From assembly GCA_038087875.1 (NCBI GenBank), contig JAXLNO010004732.1:1-51170 (forward strand): a DNA stretch of 51,170 nucleotides. Reading direction: 5' to 3'. Within the stretch, counting starts at the first letter, position 1, and every line of letters begins with the position of its first letter. Both the position numbers and the translations under genes were made by a program. The notes beneath the pieces are model-generated. The model saw nothing but the letters and a program-made list of their open reading frames with translations. It was not told the origin of the DNA and did not search any database. Below are positions 48,933-51,170 of this stretch, piece after piece. Origin of the DNA: Malacoraja senta (lineage: Eukaryota).

Positions 48933-49631
48933 CTGAAATTACAGAACATATCATTTAGGATTAACTACATGCCTGCAGAATGGATGATGTATCACTTAAG
49001 TGCAATTGTTTTCAGTTGTGTGGAGAGACCTGTATATTGAAGATGCATTTTGCCTCTAATATGTCAATTTACCTTAAATGTAGAAGAGAATATTAAAAAC
49101 TTCTTACAAAGACCATTAAATATTTTCTTTCTATCCTCTTTTGGACCTAAGGCATAGCAGGGCTGCCAACTCTCACACAGAGGGAAGGGAGGGAGAGAGG
49201 GAAGGGAGGGAGGGAAAGAACGGAGAGGGAGAGAGGGAGGGAGATCGAGAGAAGAGAGGGGAGAGAGAGATCGAGAGAAGGGGGAGAGAGAGAGATCGAT
49301 TCTGACTCCGCGGTGTTTTCAATCCAGCGCTGCCCGCCCGCGGCGGGACGCCCTCACACCGCAGACCGCAGACCCTGTTGGTGGTCGGCGGTCACAGCAC
49401 TCCGGAGCGGCGACCCGGCAAGGCATCGCCCGCTCCGTGTTGGTGTCCCAGCGCTGAGAGAGAGAAGGAGAAAGAGAGAGAAAGGGGAAAGAGAGAGAAG
49501 GGGAGAGGGAGAAGGGGGTGAGGGAGAAGAGGGAGAGGGAGAAGGGGGAGAGGGAGAAGGGGAAGAGGGAGAAGGGGGAGAGGGAGAGTGGAACGATGGC
49601 ACGTTATAAGGCGCAGCCGTCCCATTCCGGC

Positions 49632-49667
49632 CAAAGATTATAGAGCAGAGCTCCTCTAGTATCTTTG
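49632..49667. mobile_element. 36-bp double-ended P-family remnant
   Basis: CAAAGATTATAGAGCAGAG-CTCCTCTAGTATCTTTG flanked by ATTCCGGC / ATTCCGAC (7/8 TSD). Confidence 0.85.
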
Positions 49668-49715
49668 ATTCCGACCGCCGCCGCCGCCGCCGAACCCCCC
49701 GCCCACCATTGCACC

Positions 49716-49752
49716 CAAAGATTATAGAGCGAGTGGAGTTTTATAATCTTTG
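49716..49752. mobile_element. 37-bp double-ended P-family remnant
   Basis: Perfect 11-bp TIR CAAAGATTATA...TATAATCTTTG flanked by a perfect 8-bp TSD ATTGCACC (49708-49715 and 49753-49760). Confidence 0.9.
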
Positions 49753-50133
49753 ATTGCACCCTTCTTCACGGCGGGCTTGTGATCTTTGCTTGTGGTGTCT
49801 CGACAATTCGAGGGACATAACGGGTAACAGCCGCTGCGTTCCCGGACTCGAATCTGAGCTCGAAAAATCTGGTGGTCACTGGGCCTAATGTGTCCATAAC
49901 ACGGGCCATATTTTGGAGACCCCTGCCTTACAAGAACAAAACCAAAAACGTACAGAAGTGTTACAATTATTGGCTTTATTATTGGTAAATAAAGATCTAT
50001 TAAAAATAATTCTAATAACTTTCTAATGTACCGACAAACCTAGTTTCCCAATGACCGTTGATGGGAGAACAGAAAATAACATTTTCAGTTCAGAATAAAA
50101 TCGACAGATGTCACATATAATATATTTTCTCAC

Positions 50134-50242
50134 CTTTCTTTTTTTCGGGGAACCTAAAGAATGACAGGTCGGGTCGTTTACATTGACGATTTGAGCAATT
50201 GATAGCAGAGCAGTGATATGAAGATTTAGATGTAGATGCCAT
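50134..50242 (-). pseudogene. P transposase exon 1 (THAP N-terminal half)
   Basis: MASTSKSSYHCSAINCSNRQCKRPDLSFFRFP; donor |gtgag. One nt short in the A7 run relative to the phase required and to the second copy. Confidence 0.88.
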
Positions 50243-50389
50243 GACTGTAGTCGAGGCACGCCGGTAAAATGGCGTCGACAACCACCCATGGCATACTACC
50301 CTTTCTTTGCTGAGTGGCGCATCTTGCTCTGCTATATAACCTTTGGTGAAGAGCAGGTAAGGATAAAAGCACTGCCATGCAGCGGGAGG

Positions 50390-50915
50390 CAGGAATGCAG
50401 CCAGTGATGCCATGCATTCCCTTTAATGCAGCCAGTGATGCATGCATTCCCTTTAATGCAGCCAGTGATGCATGCATTCCCTTTAATGCAGCCAGTGATG
50501 CATGCATTCCCTTTAATGCAGCCAGTGATGCATGCATTCCCTTTGATACAGCCAATGATGCATGCCTTCTCCTTAATGCAGCCAGTGACGCATGCATTCC
50601 CTTTAATGTAGCCAGTGATGCATGCATTGCCTTTAATGCAGCCAGTGACGCATGCATTCCCTTTAATGCAGCCAGTGACGCATTCATTCCCTTTAATGCC
50701 GCCAGTGACGCATGCATTCCCTTTAATGCAGCCAGTGGCGCATGCATTCCCTTTAATGCAGCCAGTGATAAATGCATTCCCTTTAATGCAGCCAGTGATG
50801 CCACGCATTCCCTTTAATGCAGCCAGGAATGCATGCATTCCATTTAATGCAGCCAATGATGCATGCATTCCCTTTAATGCAACCAGTGATGCATGCATGC
50901 CCTTTAATGCAGCAG
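50390..50915. repeat. 30-bp minisatellite, ~17-18 copies (ATGCAGCCAGTGATGCATGCATTCCCTTTA)
   Basis: Direct tandem copies; source of the repetitive ORFs in the track; lies inside the repeat homologous to 6085-6360. Confidence 0.97.
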
Positions 50916-51170
50916 GGGGAACATGCACAGGTGCTTGCAGGCCGATCCCCGCATTTTATAATTCACACTATATTCACACTTAATATAGCCCTTCAGGCAG
51001 ATTTCTGTCTTATTTCCAAACCATTTCCCCAAACTCACGAAGCCGACCTTGCGTGACAACGGTGTGGATGTGGGGAGTCCAGACCGCCCAAAACAGGCCC
51101 TTCGGCCCATTCCCCCCCCCTGCCAGCCCGCAGTTGGTATTGTGTGAATCAGGTCTACGTTCGCCCAAAT

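Larger units (their letters stand above)
49158..49924. repeat. GC/GA-rich insert(s) in P intron 1 with hAT-like ends
   Basis: CAGGGCTGCCAAC at 49158 and TTGGAGACCCCTG near 49912-49924; GA tracts; no matching TSD, so probably nested fragments. Confidence 0.45.
45790..50345 (-). mobile_element. P-element-superfamily (THAP9-like) transposon, 5' terminus retained, 3' terminus not found
   Basis: 5' end CAAAGGTTATATAGCAGAG at 50345, 103 bp upstream of the ATG, exactly where homology of the host repeat ends; contains a spliced THAP-transposase gene. Confidence 0.85.

Noticed and set aside
50226-50983. Multiple 60-200-aa ORFs (ASLAALKGMH, CIPFNAASDA repeats)
   Set aside because: They are translations of the 30-bp minisatellite, which happens to be stop-free in several frames.

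Overview
Vertebrate genomic DNA, very probably from a cartilaginous fish (skate/ray-like; inferred from the CR1/L2/Penelope/tRNA-SINE repertoire). It is dominated by nested transposable elements, with one 134-N gap. The only clear host gene is an MHC class I heavy-chain-like gene on +, represented by an Ig-C1 (alpha-3) exon (12256-12522) and a transmembrane exon (16674-16781) that splice in frame. No alpha-1/alpha-2 or cytoplasmic exon could be found. Mobile elements: several CR1 pieces, two L1s, L2-like and Penelope fragments, a terminally complete DIRS1-type tyrosine-recombinase retrotransposon (29137-34140), an ERV pol-end/env remnant, a young Gypsy with a 5-bp TSD, and hAT-like non-autonomous elements. 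The most interesting signal is a linked P-element system. It comprises a three-exon THAP/P transposase pseudogene whose 5' terminus (CAAAGGTTATATAGCAGAG at 50345) matches a 176-bp MITE and three 36-41-bp double-ended remnants. Two remnants carry 8-bp TSDs and have the size expected for P-element excision footprints. No rRNA, tRNA gene or CRISPR array was seen. Many ORFs in the supplied track start at TTG/GTG or are artefacts of tandem repeats. All family assignments come from recognising motifs by eye, not from database searches, and repeat boundaries are approximate unless a TSD is quoted.
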